Shown: positions 9,881 through 19,819 of the stretch, piece by piece
How positions within the stretch are numbered: the first letter of the stretch is position 1
Layout of the letters: each line of letters begins with the position of its first letter
From: Thermodesulfobacteriota bacterium
Lineage (GTDB): Bacteria; Desulfobacterota; Desulfobulbia; Desulfobulbales; SURF-16
NCBI GenBank assembly: GCA_040755455.1
Contig: JBFMAY010000032.1
Span: 1 to 46,460, forward strand
Length of the DNA stretch: 46,460 bases
Direction: 5' to 3'
Notes under the pieces: generated by a model
The model's input: only the letters and a program-made list of their open reading frames with translations
Database searches by the model: none
What the model was told of the DNA's origin: nothing
Translations under genes and position numbers: made by a program

Positions 9881-11101
9881 ATGACAGAAATTGACCTTTC
9901 ACCATTGCGGGCAGAGCTCAAAAAACATTTCCAGCAGTCGCTCCCCAACTCCAACCTCGAATACTGTCTCACCTGCGGTCTCTGCGCCAGCGGCTGCCCG
10001 GCCAGCGACATCGAAGGCATGGACCCCCGCAAATTCATCCGCTATCTGGTCCTGGGCCAGGACGACCTGCTCAAAAATACCAAGTGGCTCTATACCTGTT
10101 CCATTTGCCAGCGCTGTGAATACGCCTGCCCCATGGGCATCCACGTCGGCCGTTTCGTTTATGAGCTCAAAGGCATGAAGCCCAAAGAGCTGCGGCCGAA
10201 AAACCTGCAGAAATCATGCGAGCTGCAGAAGGAAGGCAACTCCACCGGCATCCCCAATGCGGATTTTGTCTGGGTGGTGGGCGACATCCTCGAAGAGGTC
10301 CATGCCAACGAACCGGAATGGGCCGATCTCCAGGCCCCCATCGACAAGGCCGGCGCCAAGTTCTACCTGAACCAGAACGCCAAGGAGCCGACCGTCGAGC
10401 CTGAGGAGATGGTTTTCCTGTGGAAAATCCTGCATGCCGTCGGCATTGACTGGACCTATTCCTCCAAATGGTGGGACGGCGCCAACTACTGTCTCTTCAC
10501 CGGCGATCCCAAGGACTGGGAATACGTCACCCGGATGCAGGCGGAAACGGTGGACGCCCTGGGGTGCCCGACCTACATCAACACCGAGTGAGGCCACATG
10601 CTTTTCGCAACCCTGGAAGGGTTGAAGAGATTCAAGATACCTCACAACTTTGAGGTGGTGAGTATTATCAGCCTCTATGCCCAGTGGATCAGGGAAGGCA
10701 GACTGAAACTTGATCCGTCGTGGAACACGGCAGGGCTGAAATTTACCGTGCAGGATCCCTGCAAGCTGGTGCGCCAGTCTTTGGGGGATCCGGTGGCCGA
10801 TGATCTGCGGTTTGTCATCAAACAGGTGTGCGGCGAGGAAAATTTCATCGATGTCTGGCCCAACAAGTCCAACAATTACTGTTGCGGCGGCGGCGGCGGA
10901 GCAATCCAGGCCGGTTTTATTGAAAACCGCATGAAACACGGGCGAATGAAGTTCGAGCAGCTCCATGCCACCGGAGCGGATGTGGTGATCACCCCCTGCC
11001 ACAACTGCCATACCCAGGTCAAGGACATCTGCAAGTATTACGGCGGCAACTGGCAGACCACCCATTTGTGGAACTGGATTGTCAAGGCCCTGGTGAGATG
11101 A
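9881..11101 (+). CDS. HdrD-like Fe-S protein (HdrC-like ferredoxin + CCG domain); selenoprotein with Sec at TGA 10589-10591, 406 aa
   Basis: Track ORFs 9881..10591 and 10598..11101 are in the same frame and joined by TGA GGC CAC, giving E-U-G-H at the family ECGH motif. Also two CxxCxxCxxxCP, DPC, CCGGGGG, CHNC motifs and a downstream SECIS-like hairpin. Confidence 0.88.
10601..10629 (+). promoter_or_regulatory. Candidate bacterial SECIS
   Basis: CAACCC-TGGAA-GGGTTG stem-loop with the loop 22 nt after the TGA, extendable by cTTTT/AAGAg pairing. Confidence 0.8.
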
Positions 11102-11103
11102 AG

Positions 11104-11185
11104 AAACGTTTCAGCGTTCAAACGTTCAAACGTGGATACACCCCGGAACGTTGAAACGTTTACACGTTTAAACGCTTGAACATTT
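11104..11185. repeat. Degenerate 8-bp (AAACGTTY-like) tandem and palindromic array
   Basis: aaacgttt cagcgttc aaacgttc aaacgt, a spacer, then acgttg aaacgttt acacgttt aaacgctt gaacattt. The two halves are approximately complementary. Confidence 0.75.
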
Positions 11186-11207
11186 TTTAAACAAAACGGT
11201 ACGAAAC

Positions 11208-14200
11208 ATGCCCAAAGGATCGGTATTAGTCGTTGGCGGTGGTATTGCAGGCGTGCAGGCTGCGCTGGACCTGGCAAACAGCGGGTTTCTCGTTCATCTG
11301 GTCGAGCGAACCGCGGCAATCGGCGGCAAGATGTCCCAACTGGACAAGACCTTCCCCACCAACGATTGCTCCGCCTGCATTCTCTCGCCCAAACTGGTGG
11401 AATGCGGCAGGCATATGAACATCAATCTGCTCACCCTCTCCGACCTCATCTCGCTGGATGGAGAACCGGGCAACTTCAAGGCCGTTGTCCGCCAGCGTCC
11501 CCGCTATGTGGATCCGGCAAAATGCATCGCCTGCGGCCTGTGCGCCGAAAAATGCCCGAAAAAGGTGGCCAACGATTTCAACATGGGCATCGGCAAGCGC
11601 AAGGCGGCTTACTTAAGCTACCCCCAGGCCGTTCCCCTGAAATACGCCATTGATCCCGCCCGCTGCATCTGGATCAACAAACCGGGCCGCTGCGGCATCT
11701 GCGCCAAGGAATGCCCGTCCGGGGCCATCAATTTCGATGACACGGTCAAGGAGCATGTGCTGGAGGTCGGCTCCGTGGTGCTGTCCCCCGGCTTTTCCCG
11801 TTTCAACCCGTCCTCCCTTGACTTCACCGGTTACGGCCGCCTGCCCAACGTGGTCACCTCCATGGAGTTCGAGCGGCTGCTCAGCCCGTCCGGACCCTGC
11901 ATGGGCCGCCTGGAGCGCCCCTCCGACGGCAAGCAGCCGCAAAGGATCGCCTGGCTGCAGTGCGTGGGCTCGCGCGACATCCACCGGGCCGGCAATCCTT
12001 ACTGCTCCTCGGTATGCTGCATGTTCGCCCTCAAACAGGCGGTGATCGCCAAGGAACATGCCCACGGCGAGTTCGAACCAGCCATCTTCTACATGGATAT
12101 GCGCACCCACGGCAAGGGCTTTGAAAATTATTACAACCGGGCCAGGGAACAGGGGGTGCGCTTTCACCGGGCCCGGGTGCACTCCGTCATTCCGGCGGAT
12201 GACCAGGGCAACCTGAAAATCCGCTATGTGGACCAGCAGGGCAAGGTCAACTTCGAGGTGTTCGACATGGTGGTCCTGTCCACCGGCCTGCAGCCTTACC
12301 GGAACATGATCGAGATGGCCGGCATGCTGGGCCTGGAACTTGACCCCGACCACTTCGTCAGGACCGACAGCTTCAATCCTGTGGCCACCAGCAGAGCGGG
12401 GGTCTATGTCTGCGGCGCGGCCTCCGAGCCCAAGGACATCCCCCAGTCGGTGATGGATGCCAGCGCGGCGGCAGCCGAGGCGGGACGCATCCTTGCCCCG
12501 GCGCGCTGGACGGAAACCCGCAAAAAACAATACCCCGCGGAGCTGGACATCCATGCCCAGCCTCCCCGCATCGGCGTGTTCGTCTGCCACTGCGGCATCA
12601 ACATCGCAAGCGTCGTCGATGTGGCGGCACTATCGGCCTATGCCGGCACCCTGCCCGATGTGGTCTTTTCCCAGGCCAACCTGTTCACCTGCTCCCAGGA
12701 CACCATCAACCAGATGATCAACATCATTAAGAAAGAGCAGCTCAACCGGGTGGTGGTGGCCTCGTGCTCACCCCGCACCCATGAGCCTCTTTTCCAGGAA
12801 ACCCTGCGGGATGCCGGGCTGAACCAATTCCTCTTCGAGATGGCCAACATCCGGGACCAGGATTCCTGGGTCCACCTGCATGAACCGACCAAGGCCACGG
12901 CCAAGGCCATGGATCTGGTGCGCATGGCCGTAGCCAGGGTGCGCGGCGAAGGGGCGCTTCCCTACAACACCGTGCCGGTGACCAAATCGGCCCTTGTTAT
13001 CGGCGGTGGGGTTTCCGGCATGACCGCGGCCCTTACCCTGGCCGAGCAGGGTTATCCGGTCACCTTAATTGAGCAGAGCGACATGCTCGGCGGCAACGGC
13101 CGCAAGGTCTACCGCAACTGGAAGGGTGATGCCATCCTGCCCTTTATCAACGAGCTCACGGCCAAGATCACCAGTCATCCGCAGATCAGCGTCAAATACA
13201 ACTGTGAGATAAAAGAGGCGGCTGGATCGGTGGGTCATTTCACCACCACCTTTTCCGACGGCCAGAGCTTTGAACACGGGGTGGCGGTCATGGCGGTGGG
13301 CGGCGAGCCTTACAGGCCGGAAGGACAATGGCAATTCCTCCATGGCATCAATGCCAATGTGCACACCCTGCTGCAACTCGACAAACGGTTCATCGACAAC
13401 GACGCTTCGCTTGGCAAGATCAGCCAGGCGGTCTTCATCCAGTGCGTCGGCTCGCGCATCCCGGAAAGGCCATACTGCAGCCGGGTCTGCTGCACCCATG
13501 CCGTTGATTCGGCCATCAAGCTCAAGGAACTCAACCCGGACATGGACATCTTCATCCTGTACCGGGACATCCGCACTTACGGACAGCGGGAACGCCTCTA
13601 CCAGGAGGCCCGGGGCAAAGGCATCATCTTCATCAACTACGATCTTGACCGCATGCCGCAGGTGGAGGAAGACAACGGCCAGCTTGTCGTCAAGGCCCAT
13701 GACCCGATCATCGACGCCCATGTCACCATCCGGCCGGACATTCTGGTGCTTGCCACCGCCATCCAGCCGCGGCAGCAGAGCGGTACAAGCCTGGCCAAGT
13801 TCTTCAAGTGCGCCATAGACAGCCAGGGATTTCTACTCGAGGCCCACATGAAGCTCAGGCCGGTTGATTTCGCCACCGAAGGCGTGTTCCTGGCCGGGCT
13901 CTGCCACTATCCGAAATCCATGGAAGAGTCCATTGCCCAGGCCAAGGCCGCAGCGGCCCGGGCCGGCATCATTCTGGCCCATGACGCTGTGCCGGCGGAA
14001 AGCATCACCGCCGTGGTCAACCGCGCCAAATGCACCGGCTGCGGCCTGTGCGTCGAGGTCTGCGCCTATAACGCGGTGAGCCTGGATGAAAACGGCCTGT
14101 CGGTGGTCAACACCAGCATGTGCAAGGGCTGCGGCAACTGCGTGGCCGGCTGCCGCTCGGATGCCGTCACCCTGAAGAATGTCGGCAACGAGCAGATCAT

Positions 14201-14231
14201 GGCGGCGGTTGAGGCGGCGTTCTGCGATTAA
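11208..14231 (+). CDS. hdrA: Heterodisulfide reductase subunit A family protein, long two-FAD-domain type, Cys form
   Basis: GGGIAG, LDKTFPTNDCSACIL, QCVGSR...YCSSVCC, VFVCHCG, a second GGGVSG/QCVGSR/YCSRVCC set, and ferredoxin motifs. Confidence 0.93.
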   Translation: MPKGSVLVVGGGIAGVQAALDLANSGFLVHLVERTAAIGGKMSQLDKTFPTNDCSACILSPKLVECGRHMNINLLTLSDLISLDGEPGNFKAVVRQRPRYVDPAKCIACGLCAEKCPKKVANDFNMGIGKRKAAYLSYPQAVPLKYAIDPARCIWINKPGRCGICAKECPSGAINFDDTVKEHVLEVGSVVLSPGFSRFNPSSLDFTGYGRLPNVVTSMEFERLLSPSGPCMGRLERPSDGKQPQRIAWLQCVGSRDIHRAGNPYCSSVCCMFALKQAVIAKEHAHGEFEPAIFYMDMRTHGKGFENYYNRAREQGVRFHRARVHSVIPADDQGNLKIRYVDQQGKVNFEVFDMVVLSTGLQPYRNMIEMAGMLGLELDPDHFVRTDSFNPVATSRAGVYVCGAASEPKDIPQSVMDASAAAAEAGRILAPARWTETRKKQYPAELDIHAQPPRIGVFVCHCGINIASVVDVAALSAYAGTLPDVVFSQANLFTCSQDTINQMINIIKKEQLNRVVVASCSPRTHEPLFQETLRDAGLNQFLFEMANIRDQDSWVHLHEPTKATAKAMDLVRMAVARVRGEGALPYNTVPVTKSALVIGGGVSGMTAALTLAEQGYPVTLIEQSDMLGGNGRKVYRNWKGDAILPFINELTAKITSHPQISVKYNCEIKEAAGSVGHFTTTFSDGQSFEHGVAVMAVGGEPYRPEGQWQFLHGINANVHTLLQLDKRFIDNDASLGKISQAVFIQCVGSRIPERPYCSRVCCTHAVDSAIKLKELNPDMDIFILYRDIRTYGQRERLYQEARGKGIIFINYDLDRMPQVEEDNGQLVVKAHDPIIDAHVTIRPDILVLATAIQPRQQSGTSLAKFFKCAIDSQGFLLEAHMKLRPVDFATEGVFLAGLCHYPKSMEESIAQAKAAAARAGIILAHDAVPAESITAVVNRAKCTGCGLCVEVCAYNAVSLDENGLSVVNTSMCKGCGNCVAGCRSDAVTLKNVGNEQIMAAVEAAFCD

Positions 14232-14235
14232 GTTT

Positions 14236-14298
14236 GACCAACAAGACCAACGAGACCACTATGACAACTCAGACCACTTCGACCAGTCAGACTAACTG
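14236..14298 (+). repeat. Seven degenerate 9-bp tandem units (GACCA-N4) across the flxD start
   Basis: gaccaacaa gaccaacga gaccactat gacaactca gaccacttc gaccagtca gactaactg. Confidence 0.75.
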
Positions 14299-14725
14299 GG
14301 AACCGAAAATCATCGCCTTTCTGTGCAACTGGTGCAGTTATGCCGGGGCCGATCTGGCCGGGGTAAGCCGTTTCCAGTATCCGCCCAGCATCAGGATCGT
14401 CAGGGTCCCCTGTTCAGGCCGGGTCAGCGAGAACATGATCATGTCGGCGCTGAAATCAGGCGCCGACGGCATCCTGGTGTCCGGCTGCCATCCCGGCGAC
14501 TGCCACTATATCAGCGGCAACCTCTTTGCCCGAAGGCGTTTTGCCCTGCTCAGCAACCTGCTTGACTTTGTCGGCATCGAACCGGGCCGCATCAACTTTT
14601 CCTGGGTATCGGCCGCGGAAGGCGAACAGTTTGCCGAAATAGTGAAAACCGTGACGGAAAAAGTCAGGGCCCTGGGACCGGCAACCCGGCTGGTGAAGAA
14701 GATCGACACCGTGCAGGCTGCCTGA
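14261..14725 (+). CDS. flxD: FlxD / MvhD-like [2Fe-2S] subunit, Cys form
   Basis: FLCNWCSYAGAD, RVPCSGRV, GCHPGDCHY, WVSAAEG; position between hdrA and flxC. The start could be TTG 14234. Confidence 0.85.
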   Translation: MTTQTTSTSQTNWEPKIIAFLCNWCSYAGADLAGVSRFQYPPSIRIVRVPCSGRVSENMIMSALKSGADGILVSGCHPGDCHYISGNLFARRRFALLSNLLDFVGIEPGRINFSWVSAAEGEQFAEIVKTVTEKVRALGPATRLVKKIDTVQAA

Positions 14726-14849
14726 GAGCCGTCGCCGTTGCCGGATAGAACACCGCGCTGGCCTGCGTCGCGAATTTTATGAGGAAGCCGTAAACGTTTA
14801 TTTTTCACTACGGAGACAACAGAGACAGAGAGAATATTTCTTTTACAGT

Positions 14850-15031
14850 GAGGCGCTTGCAAAATTCGTCAATACGCCTCTATTTCCGTCATTCCCGCCA
14901 ACCCGCCACCACAAGCGGGAACAACGGGTGATGAAAGTCTCGCGGCGTAGGAGCGGGCCATGCCCGCGATAGAGACTTGCATATAAGCTCCATGCGGCAA
15001 TGACGTAATGGCTTTTTTTTGCAGGAGCCTC
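14850..15031. mobile_element. 182-bp MITE-like element with 15-bp terminal inverted repeats and a 5-bp ACAGT target duplication
   Basis: Left end GAGGCGCTTGCAAAA versus reverse complement of right end GAGGCTCCTGCAAAA (13/15). ACAGT at 14845-14849 and 15032-15036. Internal ccgtcattcccgc...gcgggaacaacgg hairpin. Confidence 0.8.
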
Positions 15032-15098
15032 ACAGTAAGACAACTCAATGGACTGAGTGCTCCATGGTAATTTTTTTTATCGAACCAGTACGGATTAT

Positions 15099-16145
15099 AT
15101 GCCAACAATCAACGAAAAATTAACCGAGGAAATCAGGGCAAAGGCCAAGGCGCTGCTGTCCGACGGCACGGTGGCCGCGGTCATAGGCTTTGCCCAGGGC
15201 AGCCTGCCGATGACCATTAAACCGACGGTGGTGCGCGCTGCCGCTGATTGCGGCAAACTGGTGTGGAACAGCTTCTGCGTGCTGAACCTGGCCAATTACC
15301 TGCCGGAGGTGCTGAAATCCGTTGAGCCGCCACGCGGGCCCCGTGATCCCAAACCAACAGGCCCGCTGCCCAGGGTGGCGGTGCTGGCCACCGGCTGCTG
15401 GTCCCGAAATATCGTGGTGCAGACCCAGGAACACCAGGTGGACCGCGACCGGGTGGTGGTCATGGGGGTCGGCAGCCGCGGCATGGTCAGCCGCCGCAAG
15501 GTGGAAGCCCACTTCAGCGGCCGGGAAATCCTGGCGGTGGAGGAGCATGACCATGATCTACTGGTCAAGGGCGCGGACTTCACGGAAAAGATCAACCGCT
15601 GGAGCGTGGTGCGCGACAACTGCCAGACCTGCACACATCCCGATCCGGTGCTGGTCGATGTGCGCATCGGCGAGCCCGCCGCTGAAAGGAAGAACCCCAA
15701 CCCCTTCAAACAGGTCGACGACATCGAGAAAAAATCAAGCGATGAGCGCTGGGCCTGGTTCACCGCGGAGTTTGCCACCTGCATCCGCTGCTATGCCTGC
15801 CGCAACGCCTGCCCTTTGTGCTACTGCCCCACCTGTTTTGTCGATGACGCCAAACCGCAGTGGGTCGGCAAGAGCCTTGACGCGGTGGACACCGGGCTTT
15901 TTCATCTCCTGCGGGCCTATCACTGCGCCGGACGCTGCACCGACTGCGGGGCCTGCGAGTCGGTGTGCCCCATGGGCATCAACATGCGGATGCTGACCAA
16001 GAAACTGAACAAGGACGTGCTGAACCTGTACGGCATCGAGGCTGGCATGCAGCCCGGCTCCCCCCTGCCGCTGACCACCTATGCCATCAATGACCCCCAG
16101 AAATTCATCGTCACCGAGGCCGGTGCGGCAAAGGAGGGCGAGTAA
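15099..16145 (+). CDS. flxC: FlxC-like 4Fe-4S protein
   Basis: CIRCYACRNACPLCYCPTC and HCAGRCTDCGACESVCP motifs; hdrA-flxDCBA gene order. Confidence 0.8.
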   Translation: MPTINEKLTEEIRAKAKALLSDGTVAAVIGFAQGSLPMTIKPTVVRAAADCGKLVWNSFCVLNLANYLPEVLKSVEPPRGPRDPKPTGPLPRVAVLATGCWSRNIVVQTQEHQVDRDRVVVMGVGSRGMVSRRKVEAHFSGREILAVEEHDHDLLVKGADFTEKINRWSVVRDNCQTCTHPDPVLVDVRIGEPAAERKNPNPFKQVDDIEKKSSDERWAWFTAEFATCIRCYACRNACPLCYCPTCFVDDAKPQWVGKSLDAVDTGLFHLLRAYHCAGRCTDCGACESVCPMGINMRMLTKKLNKDVLNLYGIEAGMQPGSPLPLTTYAINDPQKFIVTEAGAAKEGE

Positions 16146-16147
16146 CT

Positions 16148-17185
16148 GTGAAGGTTTTCAGATTATCACCGGCTGAACTGGACAACATGGTGCGGGAGTG
16201 GAGCAAAACCCGCAGGGTTTACCGTCCCGCCCCGGGCAGACAGCAGTCGGCCCACGCCGATTGCGCGCCGGGCTGGGAGCGGGTTACAGACAGCGCATCG
16301 CTCACCATGGCCGCAGGTCCGGCCAAGGCATCGGTGAAGACGTTCCTCTTTCCCCAGCCGGAAACCATGCAGACCTATAGCTTACAGAGCAGCGATCCGG
16401 ACAAGGCCCTACTGAAGGAGGCGGAAAAACCCACGGAAAAACAGATTATTGTCGGCCTGCGGCCCTGCGACGCCAGGAGCGTGCAGCTCAACAATCTGCC
16501 CTATGGGGAAGACCCTTACTACCAGGCGAATCTTGCCCGCACCGTCATGGTCGGTTTCACCTGCGGCACCATGTGTTCCACCTGCTTCTGCGACCAGGTG
16601 GGCGGCTCGCCCATGGCGACGGAGGGTCTGGATATCGCCATCTCCCAACTTGACGGCACCATGGTCGCGGAGGTGCTGACCCCGACCGGCGAAGAGCTGA
16701 CCGCGGGTCTTGATCTTGCCCCGGCAGCAGACAACGACATCAGCGCCCTTGCCCAACGGCGCAAGGACTGCCCCCAGCCGGATTCCGTCAAACTCGATAC
16801 CCTGAAGGGCCGGGATCTCAACAAGCTCTACGAGGCCCCCCTGTGGAAGGGGCTTGGCGAATCCTGCATCAACTGCGGGGCCTGCACCTTCATCTGCCCC
16901 ACCTGCTACTGCTTTGACGTGCAGGACGAGGTGGTGCGCGGCCGGGGCCGCCGCATCCGCTACTGGGACTCCTGCATGTTCCCGCTGTACAGCCTGCACA
17001 CCTCGGGCCACAATCCCCGGGGCCAGAAGATGCTGCGCACCAGGAACCGCTTCATGCACAAACTGAAATATTTTCCGGACCGCTTCGGCCCCTTTTCCTG
17101 CGTGGGCTGCGGCCGCTGCGTCCAGGATTGTCCGGTTAACATTGATATCCGCGAGGTCATGGGCGACCTCCTGAGGGTGGAGTAA
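16148..17185 (+). CDS. flxB: FlxB-like (AsrA/HydB-like) 4Fe-4S protein
   Basis: GLRPCD, CSTCFC, CINCGACTFICPTCYCF, WDSC, RNRFMHK, CVGCGRCVQDCP. Confidence 0.82.
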   Translation: MKVFRLSPAELDNMVREWSKTRRVYRPAPGRQQSAHADCAPGWERVTDSASLTMAAGPAKASVKTFLFPQPETMQTYSLQSSDPDKALLKEAEKPTEKQIIVGLRPCDARSVQLNNLPYGEDPYYQANLARTVMVGFTCGTMCSTCFCDQVGGSPMATEGLDIAISQLDGTMVAEVLTPTGEELTAGLDLAPAADNDISALAQRRKDCPQPDSVKLDTLKGRDLNKLYEAPLWKGLGESCINCGACTFICPTCYCFDVQDEVVRGRGRRIRYWDSCMFPLYSLHTSGHNPRGQKMLRTRNRFMHKLKYFPDRFGPFSCVGCGRCVQDCPVNIDIREVMGDLLRVE

Positions 17186-17188
17186 GCT

Positions 17189-18022
17189 ATGATTTCCTAT
17201 TTGCCATACCCTGTCCGCATCGACGACATCACCGTTGAAACGGAAGACGGCAACCTGAAAACCTTTAAACTCGTCTTTGAAAACGAGGCCCAGCAAAAGG
17301 CCTGGAAGCACGTGCCCGGCCAGTTCGCCATGCTGTCCCTGGCCGGCCAGGGCGAGATCCCCATCGGCATCGCCTCCTCCCCCACCGAGGAAGGTCACCT
17401 GCTCTTTACCGTCAACCGGGCCGGCAAGGTGACCACCGCCCTGCACCAGATGCATGCGGGCGAGCGCATGGGGGTGCGCGGCCCGCTGGGCAACGGTTTC
17501 CCCATCGACACCGTCATGAAGGGGAAAAATATCGTCATCATCGCCGGCGGTTTCGCCGTCACCACCCTGCGCGCCACCCTGATCTACCTCATGGAGCACC
17601 GCCAGGATTACGGCAGGATCACCTTCATCTACGGCGCCAGAACACCCGGCATGCTGCTCTACCAGAAGGAACTGCAGGAGTGGGCCAAACGGGACGACGT
17701 GGAGCTGCATATCACCGTTGACCGCGAGGCGCCCGGCTGGAACGGCCTGGTCGGCTTCGTGCCCACCATTGCCGGCCAGGTGGCCCCTTCCCCGGAAAAC
17801 AGCGTGGCGCTCATCTGCGGCCCGCCCATCATGATCAAGTTCACCATGCCGCCCCTGGAAAAGATCGGCTGGACCGACGACCAGGTTTACCTCTCCCTGG
17901 AAAACCGCATGAAATGCGGCGAAGGCCTTTGCTGCCACTGCAACGTCGGCCCCACCCTGGTCTGCAAGGACGGCCCGGTCTTTACCCGCAGCCAGGTGAG
18001 GAAACTGCCGGTGGAGTATTAA
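17189..18022 (+). CDS. flxA: FlxA-like FAD/NAD-binding [2Fe-2S] protein (PyrK/AsrB family)
   Basis: PGQF, RGPLGNGF, AGG, YGAR, ICGPPIM and MKCGEGLCCHC...VCKDGPVF motifs. Confidence 0.85.
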   Translation: MISYLPYPVRIDDITVETEDGNLKTFKLVFENEAQQKAWKHVPGQFAMLSLAGQGEIPIGIASSPTEEGHLLFTVNRAGKVTTALHQMHAGERMGVRGPLGNGFPIDTVMKGKNIVIIAGGFAVTTLRATLIYLMEHRQDYGRITFIYGARTPGMLLYQKELQEWAKRDDVELHITVDREAPGWNGLVGFVPTIAGQVAPSPENSVALICGPPIMIKFTMPPLEKIGWTDDQVYLSLENRMKCGEGLCCHCNVGPTLVCKDGPVFTRSQVRKLPVEY

Positions 18023-18048
18023 GGGAAAAAGCCGCCCTTCTCCCCTTC

Positions 18049-18100
18049 AGCCATCGGCCCACTCCCTGACAGGGATCACGGGCGCGATGGCTTTTTTTTT
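18049..18100 (+). terminator. Intrinsic terminator after flxA
   Basis: AGCCATCG-GCCC...GGGC-G-CGATGGCT stem followed by a T run. Confidence 0.8.
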
Positions 18101-18310
18101 GCCCTGTCGTTTCGGGGTTTGTTGCGCAATGCGACAATTTGCCCTCTTTGCAACGAACAAATTTCATTGTATGAGCTTGTCAGGATAAGTGAAAAAACTG
18201 GACCTGCTCGGTGGGGTAAATGACATGGATATTTGCAAGCAAAGCCGGCCTGTCTGCTGATGAGATGACAGCCCGGCTTTGCTGTTTCTTGGTGGAGAAA
18301 AAGCGAGAGT

Positions 18311-18382
18311 TGGGGACGTCCATAAATTATAAGTTTCTTATGGGGCCCAGCGCATAATTTTATAATTTTATGGACATCCCCA
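18311..18382. repeat. About 22-bp near-perfect inverted repeat, likely a mobile-element relic
   Basis: TGGGGACGTCCATAAATTATAA versus reverse complement of the right arm TGGGGATGTCCATAAAATTATAA. Confidence 0.75.
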
Positions 18383-18408
18383 TTCTTTCCCGTTTTCCTG
18401 GGTCTTTC

Positions 18409-18597
18409 ATGGTTTACAAGCTTGGTCAGAGCTCTCAAAGGAAATGGCGCAAGTTGAGAGGATTTAAACTCCTCGCAGATGTGGTGCAAGGTGTTCAATT
18501 CAGAGATGGAGAACGAATTGAAAAATTAGATGAGGCCGAACTTAGCAGGAACGTCGCTTGAATGATTTTTTTGAAACACCAGAATTGACTATAACTC
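18409..18597 (+). mobile_element. 3' remnant of an IS256-family transposase with a probable right end
   Basis: MVYKLGQSSQRKWRKLRGFKLLADVVQGVQFRDG resembles IS256 transposase C-termini. It is followed by ACACCAGAATTGACTATAACTC, an IS256-like terminus. Confidence 0.72.
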
Positions 18598-18636
18598 GTA
18601 TATGAATTCAAATAGCCCAATGGGAGCGTGTCCGTC

Positions 18637-19179
18637 ATGGAAAAAATGCAGATCAGCAAAGTATTCACGTTGATTGAACCAGGCCCAGTTGTTTTAGTAA
18701 CGACGAATGATGAGAAGAAGAACAACATCATGACGATCTCATGGACTATGGTGATAGACTTTACGCCGAAGTTTGCCATGACCACCGGGCCATGGAACTA
18801 TTCCTATGCTGCCCTTAACAAATCGAGGGAATGTGTAATTTCTATTCCCACGGTTGACCTGCTTGACAAGGTCGTTGGAGTGGGAACATGTTCCGGTGCC
18901 GATACAGATAAATTTAAAAAATTCAGGCTGACTCCTGTAAAAGGGAAACATGTCAAGGCTCCCTTGATAAAGGAATGTCTGGCAAATATCGAATGTAAAG
19001 TTGTCGATATCGTTGAAACGCACAATATCGTTGTACTTGAAGGCGTCGCTGCATATTTCGACAACTCCCGAAAAGAGAAACGAACCATTCACGCAATTGG
19101 AGATGGAACCTTCGTTGTGGACGGGCGCAAGTTGGACCGAAGGGAAATGATGCGGTCAAAGCTCCCAGAGGGCGTCTAA
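18637..19179 (+). CDS. Flavin reductase-like FMN-binding protein
   Basis: EPGPVVLVTT, NIMTISW, GTCSG..TDKF, APLIKECLANIEC; AT-rich relative to flanks. GTG 18628 is an alternative start. Confidence 0.85.
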   Translation: MEKMQISKVFTLIEPGPVVLVTTNDEKKNNIMTISWTMVIDFTPKFAMTTGPWNYSYAALNKSRECVISIPTVDLLDKVVGVGTCSGADTDKFKKFRLTPVKGKHVKAPLIKECLANIECKVVDIVETHNIVVLEGVAAYFDNSRKEKRTIHAIGDGTFVVDGRKLDRREMMRSKLPEGV

Positions 19180-19627
19180 CTTATGCCATGGGGCCATGGG
19201 GTCAAATCTCGATCCTTGAGCTTAAGGGAGAATCAAGGCAAGTCATTTCGGATCATTTGCGGGTAAGATGAACAGTGGCGAAGACTACGCTTTTGCATGA
19301 TTAAAGTGGGATAGTTCAGATTTGATCTGACAGACACTTCCGAAAAACCGGTAACTGTCAGATCAAGGCTGAACCACTACATATCATCCAAGAAAAAGAT
19401 TTAATCCCCCAATCCCGCCCCCACCACCCTGAAAAAATGCCCTTGCCTTGTGCAACTCTTTTGTGCAAGGATATTTTCATAGCCGAAACATGCAGGCAAC
19501 CTTCTCCCCGCAACTTCACGCCCGGACCGGGCGCGCCCATCTCCCTCCTTGCGTGTAACGGGAAGATCCCCTGCGCGCACCGCGCAAGCTGGCCGCCCGG
19601 CCGACATCGTTACCACAGGAGACCGTC

Positions 19628-19819
19628 ATGGCTGACCAGTTTGTCATGTGCACCCGCGCTGTTGAAGATGGCTCTTTTATCACGGGGCCCGGACCGGCAT
19701 TGTTCATGCTCGTGCCCGCGGGAGAGCCTCCCTCTCCCCGGCATGCGGGAAAGAAACCGGAGCAATGGTTCAAAAAGCTGCGGATCGCGGCAACCTGGGC
19801 AAGGCTCTGCCGCGGCTAA
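19628..19819 (+). pseudogene. Short ORF, probably the N-terminal stub of a larger gene (possibly alpha/beta-hydrolase-like)
   Basis: Good SD (AGGAG) and a protein-like 63-aa sequence that ends abruptly. The family resemblance is from memory only. Confidence 0.35.

Noticed and set aside
11104..11185. CRISPR array
   Set aside because: The units are 8 bp with no unique spacers, and there are no cas genes.
19174..19260. Integron attC site after the flavin reductase gene (GTCTAAC at the stop)
   Set aside because: No matching GTTRRRY core or attC-like palindrome follows.
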